Source: Dendrobates tinctorius
Taxonomy: Eukaryota
Assembly (NCBI RefSeq): GCF_039654945.1
Contig: NW_027361810.1
Location: 26,226,001 to 26,290,000, forward strand
Direction: 5' to 3'
DNA length: 64,000 bases
Numbering within the stretch: position 1 is the first letter of the stretch; every line of letters starts with the position of its first letter. Both the position numbers and the translations under genes were made by a program. Below, piece after piece: positions 35,206 to 48,800 of the stretch. The notes under the pieces were generated by a model. It was not told the DNA's origin and searched no databases. It was given only the letters and a program-made list of their open reading frames with translations.

Positions 35206-38200
35206 CCCCTTCCTGACATGAGACGTACTATCCCGTCCACGGTACCCGGGCCCGTATGACCGGGGACGGGATAGTACGTCTACCGCGATCAGCGGCTCCC
35301 ACGTGGTGAGCGCCGCTGATCGCGGCCGGGTGTCAGCTGATTATCACAGCTGACACCCGGCACAATGTGTCAGGGGCGGTCACGGACCGCCCCCGACACG
35401 TTAACCCCTTGCACACCGCGATCAAACATGATCGCGGTGTACCGGGGGTTAAAGGGAAGCATCGGCAGGGAGGGGGCTCCCTCCGTGCTTCCCTGAGCCC
35501 CCCACGGCAGCGCAATGTGCAGCGCTGCTGCGGGGGGCTCCTTTCCTCCAGGCCCCCGAATCCAAGATGGCGACGGGGGCCTTCGGGGGCCTGGGGAAGC
35601 TGGCTTCCTCAGTGCCTGCAAAGCGCAGGCATGAGGAAGCCTTGTGCACTGCCTGTGACAGATTGCTGATCTGTCACAGTGATCTGTGATGTGACAGATC
35701 AGCGATCTGTCACAGGACAGTGATGTCCCACCTGGGACTATGTAATAAAGTAAAAAAAAAATTAAAAAAAAGTGTAAAAATAAATTAAAAAAAATCGCCA
35801 AATAAATTAGTAAAAAAAAAAAAAATATTCCCCAATAAATTCATTTTTTGAAAATAATAAAAAAAAAAAAACAATAAAAGTACACATATTAGGTATCGCC
35901 GCGTCCATAACGACCTGCCCTATAAAACTGTCCCAATAGTTAACCCCTTTAGCGAACCCCTTAAAAAACAAAAATAAAAAACGAAGCAAAAAATAATGAT
36001 TTATTATCATACCGCCAAACAAAAAGTGCAATAACGCGCGATCAAAAAGACGCATATAAATATCCATGGTACCGCTGAAAACGTCATCTTGTCCCGCAAA
36101 AAACAAGCCGCCATACAGCATCATCAGTGAAAAAATAAAAAAGTTATAACTCGCAGAATAAAGCGATGCAAAAATAATTATTTTTTATATAAAATAGTTT
36201 TCATTGCATAAAACCGACAAAAACATAAAAAAACGACCTAAATGAGGTATCGCTGTAACCGTACTGACCCGAAGAATAAAACCGCTTTATCAATTTTACC
36301 GCACACGGAACGGTGTAAACGCACCCCCAAAAGAAATTCATGAAACGCTGGTTTTTGTTCATTCTGCGTCACAAAAATCGGAATAAAAAGCGATCAAAAA
36401 ATTTCACGTGCCCGAAAATGATACCAATAAAAACGTCAACTCGTCCCGCAAAAAATAAGACCTCACATGACTCGGTGGGTCAAAATACGGAAAAATTATA
36501 GCTCTCAATATGTGGTGATGCAAAAACTATTTTTACAATAAAAAGCGTCTTTTAGCGTGCGACAGCCGCCAAACATAAAAACCGCCATAAATAGTAAATC
36601 AAACCCCCCGTTATCACCCCCTTAGTTAGGGAAAAATAATAAAATTAAAAACATGTATTTATTTCNNNNNNNNNNNNNNNNNNNNNNNNNNNNNNNNNNN
36701 NNNNNNNNNNNNNNNNNNNNNNNNNNNNNNNNNNNNNNNNNNNNNNNNNNNNNNNNNNNNNNNNNNNNNNNNNNNNNNNNNNNNNNNNNNNNNNNNNNNN
36801 AGGGGCGTGTTGGGGTTCGGGTTGGAGTTAGAATTGGGGGTTTCCACTGTTTGGGCACATCAGGGGCTCTCCAAATGCAACATGGCGTCTGATCTCAATT
36901 CCAGCCAATTCTGAGTTGAAAAAGTCAAATGGTGCTCCTTCCCTTCCAAGCTCTGCTATGCGCCCAAACAGTGTTTTACCCCCACATGTAGGGTATCAGC
37001 CTACTCAGGACAAATTGCAAAACAATTTTTGGGGTCCAATTTCTCCTGTTACCCTTAGGAAAATAAAAAATTGGGGGCAAAAATATCATTTTTGTGGAAA
37101 AAAATGATTTTTTTATTTTCACGTCCGAGCGTTATAAACTTCTGTGAAGCACTTGGGGGTTCAAAGTGCTCACCACACATCTAGAAAAGTTCCGTGGGGG
37201 GTCTAGTGTCCAAAATGGGGTCACTTGTGGGGAGTTTCAATAGTTTAGGTACATCAGGGGCTCTCCAAACGCACATGACACCCGCAGACCATTCCATCAA
37301 AGTCTGCATTCCAAAACGTCACTGCTTCCCTTCCGAGCCCCGACGTGTGTCCATACAGTAGTTTTCTCCCACATATGGGAAATCAGCGTACTCAGGACAA
37401 ATTGTACAACAACTTTTGGGGTCCAATTTCTCCTGGTACCCTTGGGAAAATAAAAAAATGGTGACTAAAAGATCATGTTTGTGGAAAAAATATGAATTTT
37501 TTATTTTCACGCCCGGGCGTTGTAAACTTCTGTGAAGCACTGGGGGGGTCAAAGTGCTCACCACACATCTAGATAAGTTCCTTAGGGGGTCTAGTTTACA
37601 AAATGGTGTCATTTGTGGGGGGTTTCCACTGTTTAGGTACATTAGGGGCTCTCCAAAGGCAACATGACACCCGCAGACCATTCCATCAAAGTCTGCATTC
37701 CAAAACGTCACTACTTCCCTTCCGAGCCCCGACGTGTGCCCATACAGTAGTTTTCTCCCACATATGGGGTATCAGCATACTCAGGACAAATTGGACAACA
37801 ACTTTTGGGGTCCAATTTCTCCTGGTACCCTTGGGAAAATAAAAAAATGGTGACTAAAAGATCATGTTTGTGGAAAAAATACGAATTTTTTATTTTCACG
37901 CCCGGGCGTTGTAAACTTCTGTGAAGCACTGGGGGGGTCAAAGTGCTCACCACACATCTAGATAAGTTCCTTGGGGGGTCTAGTTTACAAAATGGTGTCA
38001 TTTGTGGGGGGTTTCCACTGTTTAGGTACATTAGGGGCTCTCCAAAGGCAACATGACACCCGCAGACCATTCCATCAAAGTCTGCATTCCAAAACGTCAC
38101 TACTTCCCTTCCGAGCCCCGACGTGTGCCCATACAGTAGTTTTCTCCCACATATGGGGTATTGATACTCAGGACAAATTGGACAACAACTTTTGGGGTCC

Positions 38201-40405
38201 AATTTCTCCTGGTACCCTTGGGAAAATAAAAAAATGGTGACTAAAAGATCATGTTTGTGGAAAAAATACGAATTTTTTATTTTCACGCCCGGGCGTTGTA
38301 AACTTCTGTGAAGCACTGGGGGGGGTCAAAGTGCTCACCACACATCTAGATAAGTTCCTTAGGGGGTCTAGTTTACAAAATGGTGTCATTTGTGGGGGGC
38401 TTCCACTGTTTAGGTACATTAGGGGCTCTCCAAAGGCAACATGATACCCGCAGACCATTCCATCAAAGTCTGCATTCCAAAACGTCACTACTTCCCTTCC
38501 GAGCCCCGACGTGTGCCCATACAGTAGTTTTCTCCCACATATGGGGTATCAGCATACTCAGGACAAATTGGACAACAACTTTTGGGGTCCAATTTCTCCT
38601 GGTACCCTTGGGAAAATAAAAAAATGGTGACTAAAAGATCATGTTTGTGGAAAAAATACGAATTTTTTATTTTCACGCCCGGGCGTTGTAAACTTCTGTG
38701 AAGCACTGGGGGGGTCAAAGTGCTCACCACACATCTAGATAAGTTCCTTAGGGGGTCTAGTTTCCAAAATGGTGTTATTTGTGGGGGGTTTCCACTGTTT
38801 TGGTACATCAGGGGTTTTCCAAACGCGACATGGTGTCCGATCTCAATTCCAGCCAAAAACGTCAAGTGGCGCTGCTTCCCTTCCGAGCTCTGCCATGCGC
38901 CCAAATAGTGGTTTACCCCCACATGTGGGGTATCAGCGTACTCAGGACAAATTGCACAATAACTTTTAGGGTCCTGTTACCCTTGGGAAAATAAGAATTG
39001 AGGGTGAAAAGATCATTTTTGTGGAAAAAAATATGATTTTTTAATTGTATGGCTTTATGTTATAAACTTCTGTGAAGCCCATGGGGGTTCAAAGTTCTCA
39101 CCACACATCTAGATAAGTTCCTTAGGGGGTCTATTTTCCAAAATGGTGTCATTTGTGGGGGGTTTCCACTGTTTTGGTACATCAGGGGTTTTCCAAACGC
39201 GACATGGTGTCCAATCTCAATTCCAGCCAAAAACGTCAAATGGCGCTGCTTCCCTTCCGAGCTCTGCCATGCGCCCAAATAGTGGTTTACCCCCACATGT
39301 GGGGTATCAGCGTACTCAGGACAAATTGCACAATAACTTTTAGGGTCCTGTTACCCTTGGGAAAATAAAAATTGGGGTGAAAAGATCATTTTTGTGGAAA
39401 AAATATGATTTTTTAATTGTACCGCTGTACGTTATAAACTTCTGTAAAGCCCTTGTGGGTTCAAAGTTCTCACCACATATCTAGATAAGTTCCTTGAGGG
39501 GTCTAGTTTCCAAAATGGGGTCACTTGTAGGGGGTTTCCACTGTTTAGGTACATCAGGGACTCTCCAAACGTGACATGGCGTCCAATCTGAATTCCAGCC
39601 AATTTTGCATTGAAAAAGTCAAACTGCGCTCCTTCCATTCTGAGCTCTGCCATGCGCCAAAACAGTCGTTCCCCCCCACATATCAGGTATCTGCGTACTC
39701 AGGACAAATTGCACAATAACTTTTGCAGTTCAATTTCTCCTGTTACCCTTGGTAAAATAAAAAAAATTGAACCTGAAGTATTTTTTTTATGAAAAAAAGT
39801 TAGATGTTCATTTTTTTTTAAATATTCAAAAAATTTCATGTGACGCACCTAAAGGGTTAATAAACTTCTTGAATGTGGTTTTGAGCACCTTAAGGGGTGC
39901 AGTTTTTAGAATGGTGTCACTTTTGGGTATTTTCTATCATATAGACCCCTCAAAGTGGCTTCAAATGTGATGTGGTCCTAAAAATAAAATGGTGTTGTAA
40001 AAATGAGAAATCGCTGGTCAACTTTTAACCCTTATAACTTCCTAACAAAAAAAAATTTTGGTTCCAAAATTGTGCTGATGTAAAGTAATCATGTGGGAAA
40101 TGTTAGTTATCAAGTTTTTTGTGTGCCGTATCTCTGTGATTTAAGGGCATAAAAATTCAAAGTTGGAAAATTGCGAAATTTTCAAAATTTTCGCCAAATT
40201 TCCGTTTTTCTCACAAATAAACGCAAGTTATTTGAATGAAATTTTACCACTAACATGAAGTACAATATGTCACGAGAAAACAATGTCAGAATCACCGGGA
40301 TCCATGGAAGTGTTCGAGAGTTATGACCTCATAAAGGTACAGTGGTCAGAATTGTAAAAATTGGCCCGGTCATGAACGTGCAAACCACCCTTGGGGGTGA
40401 AGGGG
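35206..40405 (+). mobile_element. Non-autonomous piggyBac (5.2 kb) with a 374-390-bp array; gap at 36666-36800
   Basis: TTAA flanks; termini near-identical to 28728-35069; no transposase. Confidence 0.95.
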
Positions 40406-41369
40406 TTAATAGAACGGTTAAAAGCCGTTTCTTATCCTGTACAACCTGTTCTCTTGCACGGTATAGGGAAAGGCTGCAGATTAATTTTATGGAAGCAGAG
40501 GGAACACTTGCTCTTTGCTTATATAGTTTAATCAATACCATTACTTGAAGGACATTTAAAGCTTTGGATTTGATATATTAAGAAGCCGTGCTATTTTTTT
40601 TTTCCTAGAGACTATAACTTTTGAAGTAATATCTAGTAATCGTGCTTTTTAAGGAGACTGACACTAGGATAAACCTGTTAAAGCCCCCAACTGCTAAATT
40701 CATAAAACTCCGATATGTGTCCAAACACGTTAGAGCAATATCGGTCAAACTTGATGATTTTTATGGAATTGAACGAGGTGGCCTCCAGCCTCTCCAGCAA
40801 AAGACAATGTCAGGAGACAGAAGAATCAGGCATGTTGCATTTCATTACCTTATCCTTTTTGCTCTTCATGGAAATTAGGAGGCTTCTGCCTGCAGTTTAC
40901 TCTCTTCTCCCCAGTAAATATACATGCACACACCAAACTAAGTGTATTAGTAACAGGTTGTTACTCACCTGTCCTGGCTTTAGTGTTCTATGGTGATCTG
41001 ATACACTCCTTTGAATGCACACTCTAGGGTTTTATCGGCTTAGTCAAGTGGCTGTACACTGCTTGAGTATTCAGGTTGTTGACATGCATGCAACTAATAG
41101 CACATCATTGGACACTGCTGGGCTCTGCTGCATCCCCATATGCTAGTCTCCCATCATACTCAGATCTGCTATCCTGATGGGCTCTACTTCATCTCTGCAG
41201 GTTAGTTTCCTAACATACTAAGCTCTGCTTTTTTATTTGGCAAAGTAGACTTGACTTGCTTGTTGTACATACAAGTCTCCTAACATACCCAGCTTTGTTG
41301 TTCTACTGAGTTCTACTGCACCACTCTGACCTGCTACTCCGAATTTTCTTTGGTCCACTACCACTGCCA

Positions 41370-42185
41370 CTACAGCCTCTGCTCCTCCAGCTACCGTCAA
41401 GCCACTACAACCTCCATTCCTCCTGCTGCTATTGAGCCTCTACAGTATCCATCCCACCATCTGCCATCCAGCCTCTACAGCATCTATCCCGCCATCTGCC
41501 ATCCAACCACAACCTCCATTTCTCTGGCTGCCGTCCAGGCAAAACAACATCCAGGCAAAACAACATTTTTCCAGCTGTCATCCAGCCACCACAGCCTCTG
41601 TTCCTCCTGCTGCCAATGAGCCTTTACAGTATCCATCCCATCATCTGCCATTCAGCTTCTACAGCATCTATCCCGCCATCTGCCATCCAGCCACTACAAC
41701 CTCCATTCCTCCTGCTGACATTTTGCCTCTACAGCATCCATCCCACCATCTGCCATCCAGCTTCTACAGCATCTATCCTGCCTTCCAGCCACTACAACCT
41801 CCATTCCCTCATCTGTCATCCAGGCAAAAACTTCCATTCCTCCAGCTGCCATCCAGTTACCACAGCTTCTGTTCCTCCAGGTGCCATCCATCCACTATAG
41901 CCTTTAATCCTCCAGCTGCCATCCAGCCACCACAGCCTTAGTTCCTCCAACTGCCATCCAGCCACTATAGCCTTCAATCCTCCAGCTGCCATCCAGCCAC
42001 TACAGCCTTCGTTCCTCCAACTGCCATCCAGCCACTATAGCCTCTGATTTTCCATCTGAAATCTAGCTACTATAGCCTCCATTCCCCCAGCTACAACCTA
42101 GCCATTATAGCCTCGGTTCCTCCAACTGACACCCAGCATCTACAGGCTTCATTTTTCCAGCTGACATCCAGCTACTACAGCCTCT
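41370..42185 (+). repeat. Degenerate ~33-bp minisatellite
   Basis: Repeating CTGCCATCCAGCCACTACAGCCT...TTCCTCC units. Confidence 0.85.
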
Positions 42186-42192
42186 TCAGTCA

Positions 42193-42998
42193 AGGATTCG
42201 GAAGGATCTACATAAGCTTGAACAATGGGCAGCAACTAATAGAATGGTATTTAACAGGGAGAAATGCAAGCTTTTAAATCTGGGCAAGAAAAATGAAAAT
42301 TGCATCTACAGAATGGGAGGAAAAGAACTAAGCAACAGCAGGTGTGAAAAAGATTCAGTATACTAATAGATCACAGACTGCATATGAGTCAACAGTGTAA
42401 TGCAGCAGCAAAAAAGGCAAACAGTTCTGGGATATATTAAGAGAAGCAGAGAGTCTAAATCACATGAAGTAATAACCCCCTCTACTCCACCTTGATCAGG
42501 CCTCGTCTGGAATACTGTGCCAGTTCTGAGCACCACATTTTAAAAAGAAATTGAAAAACTGGAGCAAGTTCAGAGGGGAACTACCAGGATGGTGAGCGGA
42601 CTGCAAAGTATGTAATACGAGGAACAGTTACAGGATCTGGGAATGTTTAGCTTGCAAAAAAGAAGGCTAAGAGAAGACTGAATAGCTGTCTACAAATATC
42701 TGAAGGGCTGTCACAGTGTAGAGATCATCCTTATTCTCATTTGCAAATGGGCGTACAAGAAGCATGAAACTGAAAGGGAGAAGATACAGATTAGATATTA
42801 GAAAAAACTTTTTGACAGTGAGATTAATCAATGAGTGGAACAGGCTCCCACGAGAGGTGGTGAGTTCTCCTTCAATGGAAGTCTCCAAACAGAGGCTGGA
42901 CAGATATATGTCTGAGATGGTTTGGTGAATCCTGCATTGAGCAGGGGGTTGGACTCGATGACCCTGGAGGTCCCTTCCAACTCTAACATTCTGTGATT
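42193..42998 (+). mobile_element. Older, diverged CR1 3' fragment
   Basis: Aligns to ~15530-16350 with many substitutions and indels; ends ATTCTGTGATT. Confidence 0.92.
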
Positions 42999-43372
42999 AA
43001 TTTTCAGACCACTGATACGCAGTTTGCTGTCTGATCCAAGACTCCAAATGTTCTCTGCAGTGAGAAGTGCATGGGTGTGTCCAATTCCTTTAAGTAACGC
43101 GTTCTCAGTGTGAGTTCTGTGTATCCAGGAGGATGCTGTCTTCACTAGCTCTCATGTATCAACAAATTCTCATTCCTAGAGTAAATTACTCTTCTAGAGG
43201 TCATAAAAGATCATGTACTTTCATCCCTATCTACAGTCTGAATTAATCTACCCTCTCTAATAATGTAAATGCTTTCCCATCTTTCTTTTTTCATTGATCT
43301 GCAGGGTATAACCTCCTCCCTGCTGCTATCTCTAATACTACTGTAAGCTCCTGCTGCTATCTCTAACACTAA

Positions 43373-43887
43373 GGCTACTTTCACACATCAGTTTTTTGCC
43401 GTCAGGCATGATCCGGCTTTTTTTAGAAAAAACCGATCCGGCATAAATTTTGGAGAACTGTAGAAATGGATCCGTTTTTTTGCTGGATCCGTCTCTGTTC
43501 CTGGAGGCTGGCCAATTGGATCTGAGCATGCGCAGACTTAAAAAAACCGGATCCGGTTGCTGGATCCGTCTTTTTCTGGATCCGGCGCATTCCGGCGCCC
43601 ATAGACTTTCATTGTAGCAAAAAGCTGGAAGCGCCGGATCCGGCGCTTCCGGCTTTTTCGCCGGAGACAAAAAACGTTACAGTAGACGTTTTTTCAAGAC
43701 GCCGGAATGAGACAAGTTGCCGGATCCGGCAAAAAACGGATGAAACGCAATGCCATCCGGCACGATCCGGCGCTAATGCAAGTCAATGGGGAAAAACCGG
43801 ATCCGGCATTGCATTTTGCCGGATCCGTTTTTTCCCAAAAAAGCCGGATCGCGCCTGAAGGCAAAAAACTGATGTGTGAAAGAGGCC
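43373..43887. mobile_element. Harbinger MITE rich in CCGGATCC repeats
   Basis: TAA TSDs; GGCTACTTTCACACATCAG / CTGATGTGTGAAAGAGGCC. Confidence 0.88.
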
Positions 43888-45594
43888 TAAGAGGAGAGAG
43901 TGAGAGATAGTTGTCAGAGCAAGGAGCATCGCTCTGACAGATTTGTATCACATTTTGCAGACCAGTGTGCTAGATGAAGAACTTTGCAAGAGCAAAATGT
44001 TTGTTATTGAAAACTATTTGGAAAGTTGCTTAGTTTTACATTTAGTAAACAAAGGAGCAAGGAAAAAAAATGCTGCAAAGCTTTACAGAGCAATTATGGA
44101 TGTGAAAGCAGAGGATCTGGATCTCTGTATCTGTTTGTATGTGACATATTTAGGGAATAGATTTAATTTCTTCCAATCTAAACATAGAACACAAGCTCCT
44201 TTACATGTTTCCGAAATATAATTCTACTATAAAGATATATTTTGCTTGTTTTTACTGTTGCCTCATTTTTGGCTGATAAATCGCTAGAAGAAAAAGATGT
44301 TTGTGTAAATTTAATTTCATTACAATTCTGATCTTTTGTGTCTGAAGAAGGACAGAAGCTCTAACTGCTGGAGACAATGGCGGTGGAGCTCCGTCAGAAC
44401 AATGGGCCCGGTTTTAATTGAGGTGGGAGTGCAGACTTAGACTTTATTAATTGTAAATACCAGGGTGAGTTACCAGGCAACACATGAGGGATTAAAGCAA
44501 TATATTCTCCAGGAGAGAAGAGGGAATTCAATAAACAATGTAACTAATCAATATGCACATATAAATAGTGCGCAGGCCCCCAGCAATAATTTAAACACCT
44601 GCTAGTGAAAGGTATTAAGGCGATGGTTTAATGTTCACAGCTGGAGAGGAACTGATTATTACTTTTACTGTGTCGTATTCACAAATACATTTTTTTTATA
44701 CCAATGAAGTACAAGCGGAACTATTTAATCAAGAAGTACAGGGTCTATCTATAATGGCTCACATGGGAAGACCCCAAAAGTAAATATATAAAATATAACT
44801 TTTAATGAATAAAATTATTAGCAAAAAGGACTAACAACAATAGGGACACACAACACAATATGTTTAGGGATCATTCTAGACTAGCTTTATAAAGATTCTC
44901 ACCATGGAACCTACCTACCGGCGGAGGTTTGCACACTATATGTGCAATGATGGCACCGTACAGGTGAAAATACAAAGGTGACATCAACCCGACAAATATG
45001 ACCCTCACTTGCCACCGCTACAGGGCAAGTGGGATGAGCAGGGCAAAGGGCCAGAATTGGTGCATCTAATAGATGTGCCTTTTCTGGGCAGCTGTGGGCT
45101 GCTTTGCCGCCACCTGCTCTCTCTGTTATCAACGTCAGCAGGTGTAGGCTGATGGGAGTAGTAGTCCCATCTGCCACCGCCTGCTCTTGCTGTTATCTGC
45201 TGAATATAACTCTCAACATTCTCCCATACTCGCTCTGATCGCTGGCAGAGTAGGGGACAATGATGAGTGCCGTCTTCTCTTCAGCACCCAGCAGCGGGGG
45301 ACAGTGCTAACGGTACCGTTGCTTTCCAGGCGCCAGTACGTGTCACATAGATGACATATGGATGTCATCCGTGTTTCATCAGTGTGCACGTGTGCAGGAC
45401 GTTTTTGCGGCCTGTGCTGCTGTTAAAAAATGGACATGTCAGCATATTTTGCCCACGGACACACGGCCCGTGGAAAAACACTGACATGTGCACAGACCTA
45501 TTCACTTGAAGGAGTCCATGTGTGTAAGTGTCTCCGGTACGTGTGAAAGTTGTCACCACACGTACCGGAGGTACGGACATGTGAAAGATCCCTA

Positions 45595-45789
45595 GGGCAA
45601 CATTCAAACGTTCAGTATTTGGTCAGTATTTTACATCAGTATTTATAAGCCAAAACCAGGAGTGGGTGATAAATACAGAAGTGGTGACGAGTTTCTGTTA
45701 TACGTTTCCCCTGATTATTCCACTCCTGATTTTGGCTTACAAATACTGATGTAGAATACTGAGCAAATACTAACTGTGTGAAAGTGGCC
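45595..45789. mobile_element. Harbinger-type palindromic MITE
   Basis: Inverted arms CAGTATTTGGTCAGTATTTTACATCAGTATTT...; same family as 1-91. Confidence 0.8.
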
Positions 45790-45836
45790 TTAAAGGGATT
45801 TACACTTTTGGGACAATTTTTTTTCTTATTACTTAA

Positions 45837-48800
45837 CCCCTTCCTGACATCCGACGTACTATCCCGTCCACGGTACCCGGGCCCGTATGACCGTGGACGG
45901 GATAGTACGTCTACCGCGATCAGCGGCGCCCACGTGGTGAGCGCCGCTGATCGCGGCCGGGTGTCAGCTGATTATCACAGCTGACACCCGGCACAATGTG
46001 TCACGGACCGCCCCCGACACGTTAACCCCTTGCACACCGTGATCAAACACGATCGCGGTGTACCGGGGGTTAAAGGGAAGCATCGGCAGGGAGGGGGCTC
46101 CCTCCGTGCTTCCCTGAGCCCCCCACGGCAGCGCAATGTGCAGCGCTGCTGCGGGGGGGGCTCCTTTCCTCCAGGCCCCCGAATCCAAGATGGCGACGGG
46201 GGCCTTCGGGGGCCTGAGGGAGCTGACTTCCTCACTGCCTGCAAAGCGCAGGCATGAGGAAGCCTTCTGCAGTGCCTGTGTCAGATCGCTGATCTGTCAC
46301 AGTGATCTGTGATGTGACAGATCAGCGATCTGTCACAGGACAGTGATGTCCCACCTGGGACTATTTAATAAAGTAAAAAAAAGTGTAAAAATAATTAAAA
46401 AAAAAATCGCCAAATATATTAGAAAAAAAAAAAAAATATTCCCCCAATAAATCCATTTTTTGGAAATAATAAAAAAAAAACCAATAAAAGTACACATATT
46501 AGGTATCGCCACGTCCGTAACGACCCGCCCTATAAAACTGTCCCATTAGTTAACCCCTTTAGCGAACCCCTTAAAAAATAAAAATAAAAAACGAAGCAAA
46601 AAATAATGATTTATTATCATACCGCCAAACAAAAAGTGTAATAACGCGCGATCAAAAAGACGCATATAAATATCCATGGTACCACTGAAAACGTCATCTT
46701 GTCCCGCAAAAAACGAGCTGCCACACAGCATCATCAGTGAAAAAATAAAAAAGTTATAGCTCGCTGAATAAAGCGATGCAAAAATAATTATTTTTTATAT
46801 AAAATAGTTTTCATTGCATAAAACCGACAAAAACATAAAAAAAGACCTAAATGAGGTATCGCTGTAACCGTACTGACGTGAAGAATAAAACCTCTTTATC
46901 AATTTTACCGCACGCGGAACGGTGTAAACGCACCCCCCCCCAAAAGAAATTCATGAAACGCTGATTTTTGTTCATTCTGCGTCCCAAAAATCAGAATAAA
47001 AAGCGATCAAAAAATTCCACGTGCCCGAAAATGGCACCAATAAAAATGTCAACTCGTCCCGCAAAAAATAAGCCCTCACATGACTCGGTGGGTCAAAATA
47101 CGGAAAAATTATAGCTCTCAATATGTGGTGATGCAAAAACTATTTTTACAATAAAAAGCGTCTTTTAGCGTGCGACAGCCGCCAAACATAAAAACCGCCA
47201 TAAATAGTAAATCAAACCCCCCGTTATCACCCCCTTAGTTAGGGAAAAATAATAAAATAAAAAATGTATTTNNNNNNNNNNNNNNNNNNNNNNNNNNNNN
47301 NNNNNNNNNNNNNNNNNNNNNNNNNNNNNNNNNNNNNNNNNNNNNNNNNNNNNNNNNNNNNNNNNNNNNNNNNNNNNNNNNNNNNNNNNNNNNNNNNNNN
47401 NNNNNNNNNNNNNNNNNNNNNNNNNNNNNNNNNNNNNGTTCGGGTTGGAGTTAGAATTGGGGGTTTCCACTGTTTGGGCACATCATGGGCTCTCCAAATG
47501 CGACATGGCGTCTGATCTCAATTCCAGCCAATTCTGAGTTGAAAAAGTCAAATGGTGCTCCTTCCCTTCCAAGCTCTGCTATGCGCCCAAACAGTGTTTT
47601 ACCCCCACATGTAGGGTATCAGCCTACTCAGGACAAATTGCAAAACAATTTTTGGGGTCCAATTTCTCCTGTTACCCTTAGGAAAATAAAAAATTGGGGG
47701 CAAAAATATAATTTTTGTGGAAAAAAATGATTTTTTTATTTTCACGTCCGAGTGTTATAAACTTCTGTGAAGCACTTGGGGGTTCAAAGTGCTCACCACA
47801 CATCTAGATAAGTTCCGTGGGGGGTCTAGTGTCCAAAATGGGGTCACTTGTGGGGAGTTTCAATAGTTTAGGTACATCAGGGGCTCTCCAAACGCACATG
47901 ACACCCGCAGACCATTCCATCAAAGTCTGCATTCCAAAACGTCACTGCTTCCCTTCCGAGCCCCGACGTGTGTCCATACAGTAGTTTTCTCCCACATATG
48001 GGGTATCAGCATACTCAGGACAAATTGGACAACAACTTTTGGGGTCCAATTTCTCCTGGTACCCTTGGGAAAATAAAAAAATGGTGACTAAAAGATCATG
48101 TTTGTGGAAAAAATACGAATTTTTTATTTTCACGCCCGGGCGTTGTAAACTTCTGTGAAGCACTGGGGGGTTCAAAGTGCTCACCACACATCTAGATAAG
48201 TTCCTTGGGGGGTCTAGTTTACAAAATGGTGTCATTTGTGGGGGGTTTCCACTGTTTAGGTACATTAGGGGCTCTCCAAAGGCAACATGACACCCACAGA
48301 CCATTCCATCAAAGTCTGCATTCCAAAACGTCACTACTTCCCTTCCGAGCCCCGGTGTGTGCCCATACAGTAGTTTTCTCCCACGTATGGGGTATCAGCA
48401 TACTCAGGACAAATTGGACAACAACTTTTGGGGTCCAATTTCTCCTGGTACCCTTGGGAAAATAAAAAAATGGTGACTAAAAGATCATGTTTGTGGAAAA
48501 AATACGAATTTTTTATTTTCACGCCCGGGCGTTGTAAACTTCTGTGAAGCACTGGGGGGGTCAAAGTGCTCACCACACATCTAGATAAGTTCCTTAGGGG
48601 GTCTAGTTTCCAAAATGGTGTCATTTGTGGGGGGTTTCCACTGTTTTGGTACATCAGGAGTTTTCCAAACGCGACATGGTGTCCGATCTCAATTCCAGCC
48701 AAAAACGTCAAATGGCGCTGCTTCCCTTCCGAGCTCTGCCATGCGCCCAAATAGTGGTTTACCCCCACATGTGGGGTATCAGCGTACTCAGGACAAATTG

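Noticed and set aside
41350-41941. Pro/Ser/His-rich ORFs
   Set aside because: Translation of a ~33-bp minisatellite
45280-45308. Non-canonical REST/NRSE site (TTCAGCACC-10 nt-GGACAGTGC)
   Set aside because: It lies inside a multi-copy DNA transposon and has non-canonical spacing; no independent support
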